From: Phoronis australis
Taxonomy: Eukaryota > Animalia > Phoronida
Direction of reading: 5' to 3'
Assembly (NCBI GenBank): GCA_002633005.1
Contig: NMRA01000727.1
Coordinates: 36,464 to 100,463 of the forward strand
DNA: 64,000 nucleotides
Below the pieces are notes generated by a model that saw only the letters and a program-made list of their open reading frames with translations, ran no database searches and had not been told where the DNA came from. Positions 24,401 through 34,213 of the stretch are shown piece after piece; position 1 is the stretch's first letter, and every line of letters begins with the position of its first letter. The position numbers were made by a program, and so were the translations under genes.

Positions 24401-27047
24401 TGGTCAACCCAAAAATTGCCTACTGGAAATGGCGCATATATGCTTTGCTTGTCAGTTGCTTAGAGAAAGGAGAATACCACCCGAAAAACAACATATTTTG
24501 TATCAATTTCGATCGAATAGTTAAACCCTATAAAGCAAGTTCAGTTCTTTTACCTGGCACTTGACGGCAGATGGAGGTGTTGAAATTAACCCATGGCGTC
24601 ACAGGTTCCAACACAGTCTGTTCAGCAGATCACAACACGCTTAGTGGTATTCAGCTTATCGCTCGACTGATTCATCGTTTTACACCAATAAATCATCAAA
24701 ATTCGATGTATAACCCTTAAAAACACATCGATTTCTTGAACAAATGTGTTGTTTTATTTCGCTGTTATGGATTTATAGGTATTTGAACGTACATGTACCG
24801 TAGCCTACAAAGTTCGGTCAGCCAAATTACCAAGGTCGGTCGCAGGAGTTTAGGTTTTGGTGATAAATTCGAATTATTCTTCCGTGAAAAACAGACAGGA
24901 CAACATAGCTTGGTGTTGTTATTTTAGGATTGCGATTTTTTCAATTCTAAACACCCAAAACGCTTAATTGATATCTGGCTATTGGCTCGGAACCCCAGCG
25001 ATCAAGCTTCCCGCGGCCGCACTGGAGACATCACTAACCTAAACCAGCCAAAGTTGGAAACTAAATTTCCAGTCGCGAAAAAACTAGTGAGCCACAGAAA
25101 TAATGTGCACGGGATTTTTTGGAGAATTAGCCGCGAAACTTTAAATCTACTTACTCGTCGAGAGCTGCGAAGTCAGGTTCTCCTTCCACAGAACCGTCAG
25201 GGCAAAGGTTGTTCGTTAACAATGATTCGAATAATGTATATGTAAATAAAGATCCTCTTGACATCTAACCATAGCATATAAAATTGAGTTATTGTATCAC
25301 AACAGCTTTCTTTCAACAAAAACTGAATTACCTGCGCGCACACGACTTCGGTGCCCGGTCAATTAGCTTTATTGCATCTTAAAGCCGGTAACACAGTGAT
25401 TTATTCTTTGCTGGCTTCTCAAAACATTTGCACTCACGAACACTCCAAAGGCATTACAAATTGTATCGAATGAGACAGATTTTGTTTCAGTATTGGTTAC
25501 AATGAGAATAATTCATTTCGAAACAAAATGCACAATAATAAACAATATGGCAACTTGCAATTCCTACTTATTAGAGGAGTGCCCAACAGTCTCTTTTTAT
25601 ACCCTGGCATGAGCTGTTTGGTAAGCCGGCATTCGCCAGTGGAGTCACTGTCCACAAAATGCCAGCCACAGACACGAAGATGTTTCACGGCCTCATACTT
25701 GGAATTATCGGCGTACGTACTCTTCATTCTTCACTTCCGCAAGCCACTTCCGATGTATTTCGGGTTCTTAAGGAAATCGAAGAAACGATACACCCGCTTC
25801 CCTCGCAGCTTCATAGTTCGCACAAGCGGGAACGATACACCACATCATAACGGCCCTCACTCTGCAGAAGAACCACTGACGTCCTTTTACTCACCTTCCT
25901 CACTTAACGCGACACATCTCGGCGAGGTAAGATCGACCGCATACGAGGTGATATGATAGGCCGATTAAAACGGTAAAAGGATCAATTCAATCGGGTGGCA
26001 TTCTCCTTTAAGGGTTCATTCGGCAACAAATTAGGAACGGATGAGTGTGGTCATGTTTTAAACTCCAAAGCGTTTTGTTTAGTATTCAACATTGGCTGCA
26101 CTTGATTGTCTCCACCGGGTCATTCGGCTGAAATGTCTGATTTAAAAACCGGAACCAATTACACTCACAAAACGTAGCACTGTCTAATGTTGTTGACATG
26201 ACATCTCATTGGTTTAAGTGATGCAACCGACGTCATAACATTCAGTCATTCCCATTGGTTAAAATCTGGCAACCTCTTTCAGTTTATATCTTTGACTTGA
26301 ATGGTTGCAGTTTATTAAAACGGGCAGTAATCGAAGTAAATAAAATCAAGAGAATCCCTATCCAGTGGATTAAGCCCAAACACGTGCACTGAGGCGTGTG
26401 CATGTTGCTGCGATGTGATCGTTATACTCCCGACTGAGGCATGCGCATTGATGCCCACAAACGGAATTCCGTGAAAACTTTATTCAACAGAAAGTGAGTA
26501 AAGATTACGCAGATTAAATATGAAAATACAACGCACGAACAAGCGTCAGTATCATCAAAACAACAACAAAGTTAACAACAACAATAGAAATAATATTAAT
26601 AATAATTTTGATAATGACAATGATAATAGTCATGATTGCAGTAATACAAATAGTAATATTGATATAATATATTTTGTGAATATCAAATCGTTTAACAGCC
26701 GCATTCTTGACATCAACTAACCACAATAGCATTTTCAGCCAACCAAAATGTCGGAATGTTACTTCGTTTTGTTAATAAATGAGAAGCAACGCTGGCGTCT
26801 ACGCGTTAGCCTTTCACAGTGCTACACCTCTATACATTGGAAAAGAGTACAACAAATCTGCGCTCTGAGATGCATACGCATGGACGTTTGTCGATCACAA
26901 ATCGAGCCACCGGTATCAGCGAATCGTCTATTCCTCGAAAAGATAGCAACGAGAAAAGTTCAATGGTGAGGGATTATAAAATTGCTGAATTCATGAATTT
27001 TACTTACCTACTTGTAGCATTGTTGAAACTAACAGCAGTAAAAACAT
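338..27047 (-). CDS. Spliced gene: secreted protein with signal peptide + 3x ShK + 2x C-type lectin-like domains (~435 aa)
   Basis: Exons 5'->3' on minus: 27047-27008, 20670-20542, 18896-18768, 17790-17671, 16598-16453, 14341-14248, 10528-10400, 3836-3688, 3283-3181, 2966-2847, then tentatively 850-774 and 409-338. All are flanked by AG/GT with compatible phases and join into one open frame of 1308 nt including the stop. Confidence 0.85.
774..850 (-). CDS. Putative penultimate exon of ShK-CTL gene
   Basis: tttgtttag acceptor, GKDMTGHLMKEAQHCFDMTGLFDVSK, AAG|gtaggc donor. Phase 1 in and phase 0 out fit the neighbouring exons. No domain homology. Confidence 0.5.
2847..2966 (-). CDS. C-type lectin domain 2, exon c
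   Basis: LYHTDEVDSTTRDCVSMSRQSMKWVDDKCELKKSFVCKTS; gttag/gtatgt. Confidence 0.9.
3181..3283 (-). CDS. C-type lectin domain 2, exon b
   Basis: IRSTGGTNTFWIGLHDQELASSYERPDGRKFYFP (WIGL motif); tttcag/gtgagt. Confidence 0.9.
3340..3362. repeat. (GA)n microsatellite running into a short N gap
   Basis: agagagag... followed by Ns at 3363-3385. Confidence 0.9.
3688..3836 (-). CDS. C-type lectin domain 2, exon a
   Basis: DIRFNQGSFEYLIVKSTLKTFEEAQLTCNNSKGALATPEDGIENTVIGQM; tttcag/gtatgt. Confidence 0.9.
4548..5570. mobile_element. Non-autonomous DNA transposon, Kolobok-like MITE
   Basis: TIR agagttcccacaatg / catggtgggaactct; flanks ctaa and ttaa (degenerate TTAA TSD); AG...CT termini. Confidence 0.7.
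6600..7919 (+). mobile_element. Kolobok-type transposon deletion derivative with THAP transposase remnant and ~300-bp TIRs
   Basis: TTAA at 6596-6599 and 7920-7923; AGG...CCT termini; 6600-6901 is an imperfect inverted copy of 7608-7919. Frameshifted THAP (MPRCCCVPGC..FPKD..W, VCGKHF, LKKGTIPSL) and a CxxC...CxxGH..W motif at 7490-7600. Confidence 0.85.
10400..10528 (-). CDS. C-type lectin domain 1, exon c
   Basis: DWDEGYPKDTELEQLCVYMDRITKHWKSDECLETRRQFICRRS (C..W...C....FIC end of CTLD); aatag/gtaaga. Confidence 0.9.
12340..12740 (+). mobile_element. Possible Penelope GIY-YIG/3' end fragment
   Basis: Broken motifs VKVLDR..WFDRAVRDA..PSL..GG resembling the C-terminus of Penelope endonucleases. 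Confidence 0.4.
14248..14341 (-). CDS. C-type lectin domain 1, exon b
   Basis: ARKYFVGEVWLGSITQQGKYVDTKMKPLGFN (WIGL-like motif); phase 0 in, phase 1 out; attag/gtaaga. Confidence 0.85.
15228..15665. mobile_element. Degenerate MITE with (t/g)ccgaa / ttcgga subterminal repeats
   Basis: A cluster of ccgaa/tcgaa motifs at the left is mirrored by ttcgga/tttgga motifs at the right. Confidence 0.45.
16453..16598 (-). CDS. C-type lectin domain 1, exon a
   Basis: HVIQFFDNVQYTFHRHALNWFEASQHCKYHGDSLALPEDMARNDWLGEM (CTLD W-x-x-A-x-x-x-C...LA motif); tttcag/gtaagc. Confidence 0.9.
17671..17790 (-). CDS. ShK domain 3 exon
   Basis: DSVCKNKETDEVCDWKARNGDCITDIHTMTRDCALSCHAC; 120 nt, phase 1-1, ggcag/gtaagt. 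Confidence 0.92.
18768..18896 (-). CDS. ShK domain 2 exon
   Basis: AKRCRNSMGEDNPKICFQLAKSGGCVNNQYEMARKCSRACNVC; 129 nt, phase 1-1, gacag/gtaaga. Confidence 0.92.
20542..20670 (-). CDS. ShK domain 1 exon
   Basis: VTIGEGCRNKHDSTLCNKWAELGECTANVDWMIPNCALSCGAC; six-Cys ShKT pattern ending CxxxCxxC; 129 nt, phase 1-1, tttcag/gtaagt. Confidence 0.92.
20763..24228 (+). mobile_element. Sola3-like DNA transposon with decayed transposase
   Basis: TTAA TSDs (20759-62, 24229-32); GAG...CTC termini; TIR gagagagtccatataaaaacca / tggtttttatatggagtcactc. Internal ORF fragments SGNAGCYH...RYDFGESQNRKDLCDR and G*ALK...RFSSKVKNFL. Confidence 0.8.
21897..22720 (+). pseudogene. Transposase remnant (Sola3-type DDD)
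   Basis: ORFs 21897-22340 and 22367-22618 plus a continuation past an in-frame TAG. The SDNAGCYH-type catalytic Asp reads Gly; the N-terminal part is missing. Confidence 0.72.
24468..26007 (-). mobile_element. Kolobok-like non-autonomous element with THAP remnant
   Basis: 17-bp TIR aggagaataccacccga / tcgggtggcattctcct; TTAA on the right flank (left flank degenerate). Minus-strand THAP relic from 25848 (MMWCIVPAC..SFLRFP*..RKWL, then shifted LRVCGWHF). Confidence 0.7.
26555..26670. repeat. Degenerate (AAC/AAT)n trinucleotide repeat
   Basis: caacaacaaa...aataataat...gataat. Confidence 0.8.
27008..27047 (-). CDS. ShK-CTL gene first coding exon (signal peptide)
   Basis: ATG at 27047, MFLLLLVSTMLQV, donor G|gtaagt (phase 1). 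Acceptor tttgtag at 27061 implies an upstream UTR exon. Joins the next exon to give ...LQVVTIGEG-C, a plausible cleavage site. Confidence 0.72.
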
Positions 27048-28170
27048 AACCACAGTTCAGCTACAAACAAAAATAAAATATGTGTACCAAACTACATGTA
27101 CATGTATTTGCTGGCTTTGTCAGCTATGGAAAGGTCACGTACAGTATGTGACACTGAGGCGAACAGCCAGTCTCCAGACGTTGAACACTAAATGGAACAC
27201 TGACAATTGACTCCTTTAACCGTATGACTACACCAAGAGAAGAACAATTTGTTCATACTTAACGTCAGTTTCGTACATGATCATGTTCCATCCATTTTCT
27301 CTGTTCAAGTTTAAAAACTACCAATGTAGATAGCTTGGCAAACTTGCCGAAGACTATGGATTATTCTTTGGCCGTGCATATTGAAGAGTTTGGTAAAATC
27401 ATAGGCTGAAAATCAGATGATTTTCAGTAGTTCACGCGTCCCTTTAATGCAGACTGTACAGTTCGTGTACCCGCTGACACCTCAACAGCCGCCTTGCATG
27501 TATTTAACAGTTCGAGCTGGTCACCAGTGCCCGCTGGAATAAAACAATCCCGCATAGGGATTCAGCTAAGTTCCCCCAAAACTATACTGCGTATTTGTGA
27601 ACTTGTGAAGACATTGATTTCCTTTCTGATACTGTTTTAGTTTCATTACTAAGTCAAGTTTGGCTGTGATACAAATAGAGAGTAAACTTTACGTTGAATT
27701 CTCAATATTATCGAAAATAATTTGGGATCGTTTCATGCTGCGCACTCAGAGTTCAGTTTTTAGTTACATTATGAAAAATACCATTAGACAAACAGGAACT
27801 TATGATGAAATGGTAGAAAAAGACTACATCATTGAGTAGGCCTAGAAGACTTAGAAATCTTAATTGGGTCCTCAGTTTTGAACTGTTTCGTGCAACTGGG
27901 CACTGTGTTGTTCATTTCGGGAGAACAGCAGACATACATGTAAGAATGCGATCAAGTATCTCCTAGACAAGTAGCAGTTTAAGTAAGAAGTTATATAATC
28001 CGTACGATACCTTTCGTAAATCTGTCCTCTCACACATTGTCTTACACCATACGCGTGCATTGAAAGTTATCTTGCAGTCTTTGCACGTGAACAAGATATG
28101 TTGTGTTATACGTGAAATGATCCTCGGTATTTTTTCGTGTAAATTTTGTTGCTGCAACATGTTAGAATCA

Positions 28171-28637
28171 TGGAGCCCCTTCCAACAAATCTGACTTAGC
28201 TAAGACAAATCATAAATTTTTGTAATTTTTAAGATAAAACTTGAATTTGTCTCAAGAAAGAGATCTTAAGTATGAATTAAGTTTTTGATAAAAGTTTTGT
28301 CTTAATTTTAACTATCTTACCGGATGTGGAAGTTTCAAAGTATGGAAGTTAAAACAAATCTTAGACTTAAGTCAAAAATGAACTTAAGTCAGTTTCATGG
28401 AATGGCCCCATGGGTCCGTTCCAAGAAATTGACTAAAATTTGTTTTAACTTCCAACCTTTGAAACTGCCATATGCAGTAAGACAGTCAAAATTAAAACCA
28501 TGTTTTACCAAAAACTTTAACTCAAACTTAAGATCTCTTTCTTGTAACAATCTTGAGACAAATTTAAGTTTTATGTTAAAATTTACTAAAAGTTAAGATT
28601 TGTCTTAGCTAAATCTGTTTTGTCGGAACGGACCCCA
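28171..28637. mobile_element. Fold-back dimer of PIF/Harbinger-like MITE
   Basis: Two ~230-bp units with GG(G/A)NCC-type ends joined at ggcccca|tgggtcc (28410/28411) in inverted orientation; outer flanks tca/tca; internal ttaag/ctta motifs are mirrored. Confidence 0.6.
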
Positions 28638-30099
28638 TCACTCTAACTTGCGTTCAAGAAGGAAAGTGCTTCGAAGTCGATGATGAGCGATTTGCTTTCC
28701 GCGAGCGTTAATTACTCTTGCGCTTAATTCCAAGCCAAACAGGAGACAGTGATTTTAGAACTTGTTCAGATACATGTACGCTTAAATGTAAGCGGGGTTT
28801 AGGTTACTTGCACTTCCGCTTAATTTCAAGCTAAACAGGAGACAGTGATTTTCGAATTTGCAAGGGTATGTTTAAATTAATAAAGATGGTGAACCAAGTA
28901 TTTGTTTTAATAATTTATGAAGATGTGGTTAAATTCAAGCAGGGCAGAAGATACATAAGGGGTCTCTGTACTTGATATCAAGCCAGAGAAAAGACGTGTT
29001 AACTTCTACTGATTTGTCTGCATTTAAGCTACATAAAATTGTTTCATTATTTATTAAAACAGGCCTATAAAATTGTGACTTTGTACCAAAAGGGGAAAGT
29101 TTAAATTTTCAGAAGAACCGGTTACAGGCTTTTCGTTACTGATCAATAGAGATTCCAAAATCTTTGGCCGAAATAAGTCATTTTCAACATAGCTAATGAT
29201 GGTATTGTTTACTACTTCTGTTTTGGCCACGTTGGCGTAGAAAGTGACCTTGAATGGGCCCCCCGCCCTTGCACGTGCATGGATTACCGTCGAGAGAGGG
29301 ACTGACATGTACATGTATTCTAACTGCTTGGTACAACACTGGGTATGCGCCCTGATGATGATTTTTAATTTTTGCTCTAGTCTGTGGATTCCATTTGTTT
29401 ATTTCATAAAGGTTTGCATTAGTAACAATGACACATACGTTGCAAACGCATGAACAGTTAAACAATTGCAATATACACATGGAATTCGTGTTTACAGAAT
29501 GCGAACATCATGAAGTAATTGCTCGGAAAACAAAACGACCACTTTAACTCGAGTAAAAACAAAATAGAAGAAGTTAAAAACAATATATGTAAGACAAATC
29601 TCGAACAAGGTCAACAATAAGGAACAAGTTATACAATTCATCGAGTATACAGTTCACTGAAAAAACAACAGGGGCGTTGACCTGTGCCCACACTATATAC
29701 GTCACAAATTACCAAAACAGTACGACGATCATTAGTTCAAACATAATGACTAAACTCTGTTTTGATGATTTCATCCAATCCTCGTTCTGTCACATGCTAC
29801 TACATCATTGGCGTCAATGCTGAAAGTTATAAGCAGAAATCAACTAAAAATTGATACCCCCTATTTCGCCAGTTGGACATTATTGTCATTGGTGGGAGTT
29901 CTTGTTCCAAAGTTGTCGTGTTCGCTACAATGTTGGTCATGCTCACCCGCAGACTTTGAAAGGACCTTTTCCTCCAAACTTTTGAGGGTCGTTGAGTGAA
30001 AACAAACCATTAATTTGTTTCAGAGAACTGGATGCGAAAGTTATTTTTAGAATGTGATTATGGGCTAAAACTGGGTTTGGTTTCTTTTTAATAACTATA

Positions 30100-31290
30100 T
30101 CAAACATAATGATCACTTATTAGACAAAATGGTCTCAATGGTTCTCTTAAGTCCATTTGTATTTGGTTTCTCTCTTGTTCCACATGAAGCATCTGATAGT
30201 TAATTTGTTCAAGTTCGTCGAACTGCCGCTCCTGCGTTTCGTGAAATTCGATGAACCACTGCAGGAGCTGATCAGAATTTTGTAAACGTTTCCGTGATAC
30301 TGGCATTGATCAGTCTGACGGACAAGGGTGCCTCTTGTGCATCTCTGACTTAGTAGGCGTGCTGTCATTTTCCAGATTATCGTCACTACCATTGCACGTT
30401 ATCGTGGACGAGCAGCCAGTCTTACCTGCAAAAGGCATACTATTTACTCCAACTTTTCTCTTTTAGACTTAATATTTTGAAAAACTTACATAAAAAGGTA
30501 CTTCAGTTGGCGGTGATGATTCTAGATGTCACAAGGTGCGCAATCAAAGTGTTGGAAGGAGAGTACTATAGAGATAACATCGTCAAGCACGAGGTTCATC
30601 CATGCCAACCTCATTAGGACCTACATATTTACCTACTGAAGATAACAACAAGACAGTTTTGGGTTTCTCAGCTAGATCACCAGCTAACAGGTGGTCCGTG
30701 GCTTAAGGCAAAAATTCCCCTTTTTGACGACCGCGCCCACATGTTGAGTCTGAACCGACGATTATTTTGTACCTGATAAGTGCGTGGAAATTAACAATTT
30801 GATTATGATTACCAGACTCATGATAACTTCTGAGCTCTGAATTTGGAATCTTACTTTCTTCCCCGTTTGAATGGTGACACAGAAAGGTCAATTGAAGCCT
30901 CGGGCAGCTCTTCCAAGAGAGGACCCGCGGGAACACCTCAATGTGAAGGGCTAAATATCTGTTAAGAATCGGAAACGAGTGACTGTTAATTACATCATGC
31001 ACTGTGCGACCCTCCATGATGATGTATGATTTCACAGAAAAAGCAAGGTCAGAGGTAAGTTGATTCCGTCAATGAGCCCTCTCTCCTTGAGTGAAGTTAA
31101 AAAACATGTAAAAAGATGATCGCTTTTATGTCATCATTAGGCCCCCTCCAAGCCTGGGCCTATCATTTCAAAAAGCAAGAAATGGACAGCAGTTGTTTCA
31201 GGCTCTTAATTTTTCTCAAATTACATTCAATCTCGAGAAGCAATGAAGAAAAAATATATTCAGGTCAGAAACTGAGTCCAGGGGTACGCT
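30100..31290 (-). pseudogene. Decayed Myb/SANT-like (Harbinger ORF2-type) coding relic
   Basis: Exon-like segment from acceptor ttttgcag (30426) reading GKTG...PSD*SMPVSRKR...EQERNQIQMDL (S/D-rich linker plus coiled coil, one internal stop); upstream fragments LLLEIECNL..AW near 31140-31260. Family call is inference. Confidence 0.35.
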
Positions 31291-32264
31291 AGTCCGGTTT
31301 TGAACCTGCAAAGTTGAAAAAAATTGCCGTTAGCTGGCTCATATACAGTGTATCTCCTTGGCCAAATCAGGGTGAACGTTATGAACATACATGTACCTTA
31401 CGCGCCGTAAAGTAATTTTTGTTAGTGACATTAACGTCGTTTGTAAGCTAATTTGTGCAGAACTAAAAAAATTAGTTTACGCCTTTAATTTGCGCCGCAA
31501 ATAATTAACTTACAACGTTAAAAGATAATTTACGCTATTAAGAGTTAATTTCCACTTGAAATCACTAAGTTATGCCGTTAATAATAATATTTACGCCGCT
31601 GACAAGAATTAATTCACGCAAGTAATTTGCGTGCGTAATTTTCATCAATTTGGCTGACGACAGCGCAGCCTGACACCGATAAGTTTCGCCATCTATTGCA
31701 TGAGCGTTTTAATTAAACAACCACTAGCCGTTACCCGTGCTTTCGCACGGGTTGGCCTATCGGTAGCAGCTAGTGGGAAACGCCGGGGGAAATAGATTTT
31801 GCGATACATGTATTTTTTTCTGAAATTGGGTTTTCTGTTAATAAATCTTGTGATGAAATGAAACCACTTTGTTATGACATTTGATAGAATTGGCCAACCG
31901 AGTGAGAGGTAATGGCGCCCAAAGAGCCAACATAACTGAAGAACGCCAATTTTCCAACACCAAGGTAAATAATTTAGTTTACTCAAAGAAGAGTAAGAAT
32001 TTTTCAATGACTCAGCGTCATTAATTTTGGCGTCGATAGCCGAGGCCCGATCACTACGCAACAGAAGGCGGAGGGAGAGAAATTAAGCCGACAGAATGAC
32101 GTCACCCACGCCAGTCAGTACGAAACCGGCCACCCTCACTCCGCGTCTTCGAAAAAACGAACATCTCGAACCCAAATATTACCTGGGACCAAAGCGGTGC
32201 CGAAACAGGCGCAACGAATTTCTGTAGTGGAGCGGGGAAGACGGAGTTTGTGCAAACGATGCAT

Positions 32265-32348
32265 TTTATATAATAGTAATGTAATATAATATAAGATATT
32301 ATATTATATTATATTATGTTGAATATAATATAATATAATATAATATAA
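32265..32348. repeat. (TATAA/ATATT)n AT-rich microsatellite
   Basis: Pentamer repeats in both orientations. Confidence 0.85.
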
Positions 32349-32355
32349 GCGCTAC

Positions 32356-32403
32356 AAGCGCCCTCTGAAGTAGATTTTAAAAAATCTACTTCAGAGGGCG
32401 CTT
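32356..32403. repeat. Perfect 23-bp inverted repeat (2-nt loop)
   Basis: aagcgccctctgaagtagatttt-aa-aaaatctacttcagagggcgctt. Confidence 0.95.
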
Positions 32404-32597
32404 ATATGATGTTTCCGGTTTCAACACATTAACCAATCACGTTGCAGTTTTCATTTTAAAAGAACCGGGAAGAACAAAGGAAGTGGAAGTGGGTTGAATT
32501 TGGTTCTTCATTTTATACCATTTTAATTCTAAGTAGAAACGTGACAACTACACATAAAGGCGAGTAGTTTTGCTTAAAAAGTTTCAGTGTACAATTN

Positions 32598-32964
32598 GCC
32601 CGAAACTTTCTTCGGCGAATCTGGGAATTTACAAAAGTGGCCGAAAGTGTTAGCCAATGAAACGCGTCAAAGATCGATTCTGCATATCCCATGTTCATGC
32701 GACTTGTTTACAAGTCATGGGGAGGGCTGTTCTCGGTTAGTGTTCTTTTGAACTTGGATTTGGCAACAACCAAATAACGGTCGGATTAACAAGAGCTGCT
32801 TTGTATTTGCCAGGTATCTGTTGAGAAGTGAAAAAACTCAGCTCGCATTCATTGGAAATTCCAGGTCGCATTTTGCGACTTGATACGAGCTGACAAAAAT
32901 CTCAGCTCGCATTTCCAAATTTCAGGTCGCAAATGCGACCTGCAGCTCGTTATGTCGAGCCCTG
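32598..32964 (+). mobile_element. 3' end of the hAT-like element family also present at 48183-50358
   Basis: Near-identical to 49992-50358 and ends in TIR gtcgagccctg; begins immediately after a single N at 32597. Confidence 0.85.
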
Positions 32965-34128
32965 ACTCCTAAACAATACCACCATTTCAACTGGCCCCAG
33001 TAGAGACGCCGAAGCGGTGGACATCTCATATTTAGGCATAGCCAAGGCCAGCATATGCCGGAAGCTTTTTTGGTGAATTATGCTTCACACTAATTAAACC
33101 ATCATAATGGTGCTGCTGAAAGTACTTTTTTGGGCATAGAGGGACACCTTAAGGTGCCTTTTACTCTTCCCATCTCAAACAAATACTCCCACTATCAAAC
33201 TTTTTTCCGAACAGTCCTTTGTTGTTCAGTTGCCCAACTTGGGAACTGGCCATTTTTGCAATGGCGGTGGCAGGAGGCATGACGTCAACAGAGATTTTGT
33301 TACTTTCTCTGGGTCCTGAACATTTGTCTTCAGTACATCAGGGCACTATTAAAAATCAAAGAATTTCACCACTGGAGTTTGGCGACCAAACTTTGACCCT
33401 CATTGATCAGCGATAGAGATGAAGAATTTCCAAACAGAGTGGTTCTTTGCCCTGAATTGAATTGGGCTTTTGGACATGTGTCTGGAGTAAAGTAAAGTGA
33501 ATCGAACATTCTGAAAATAAAATGAACCTATTCCAATGGCCAACACTTAACAAAATCTCTGGAGAATGCAAGATTTCGTGCATTGCAATTGAAGCACTCT
33601 ATCATACTAGCTTTATCTGTGAAAATCTTGAATGCAGCCAACGTTTGTCAGTTTTCAGAGGTGTCATCGGCTCTTTACGAGTCAACAATAAATAATATGG
33701 GCACAGCCCCAGAAATCGCTTTCGCATTATATCCAGGTTCTCATTTACACCCTTGCATACATTCTCTAGTAAGACCGAGCTCAGAAGAGTAGGAGGCACC
33801 TCTGTGCAATGCTCGATTATCAGCCAGTAAATCCAGGATTTGTATCCAGGCCCCCTAAACAGGAGTTTGAAGCTCAAATCACTCGCCTTGTTTTTTGATG
33901 GATGCGAGTTTTTTTGCGCCACCTAGTGGACATTTTTACTGTCTCTAGTCAACAATCATCCCAGAATGCATTTCAGAAGCATCAACAATGTTGTAAATGC
34001 AAGCCCCTGTATTGCCCGAAGGCAGAGTGAATTACGTAATAGCACATTGTATTTCAACCTTCAGGACCTGTATCTGCAGTTGCTAATTCATGGTATTTTA
34101 TACTTTGCCTATTTACAGCTCATTCGTC

Positions 34129-34213
34129 ATGAGTTTGTCTCGTCTCTCTCTGGTTGCATCCTTCGATGACCTTACCCGTAACACTGCAGTTCTAACTGCG
34201 GGCATCGAATCAG
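34129..34213 (+). CDS. RACGAP1: RACGAP1 coding exon 1
   Basis: Acceptor tttacag at 34118, ATG 34129, [28 protein letters not shown], donor G|gtaaac. Confidence 0.85.

Noticed and set aside
24554-24617. AG/GT-bounded candidate extra exon of the ShK-CTL gene
   Set aside because: It gives a stop in the required phase 1 and lies inside the Kolobok-like element.
26514-26732. Asn-rich and Ile-rich ORFs
   Set aside because: Translation of an (AAT/AAC)n microsatellite.
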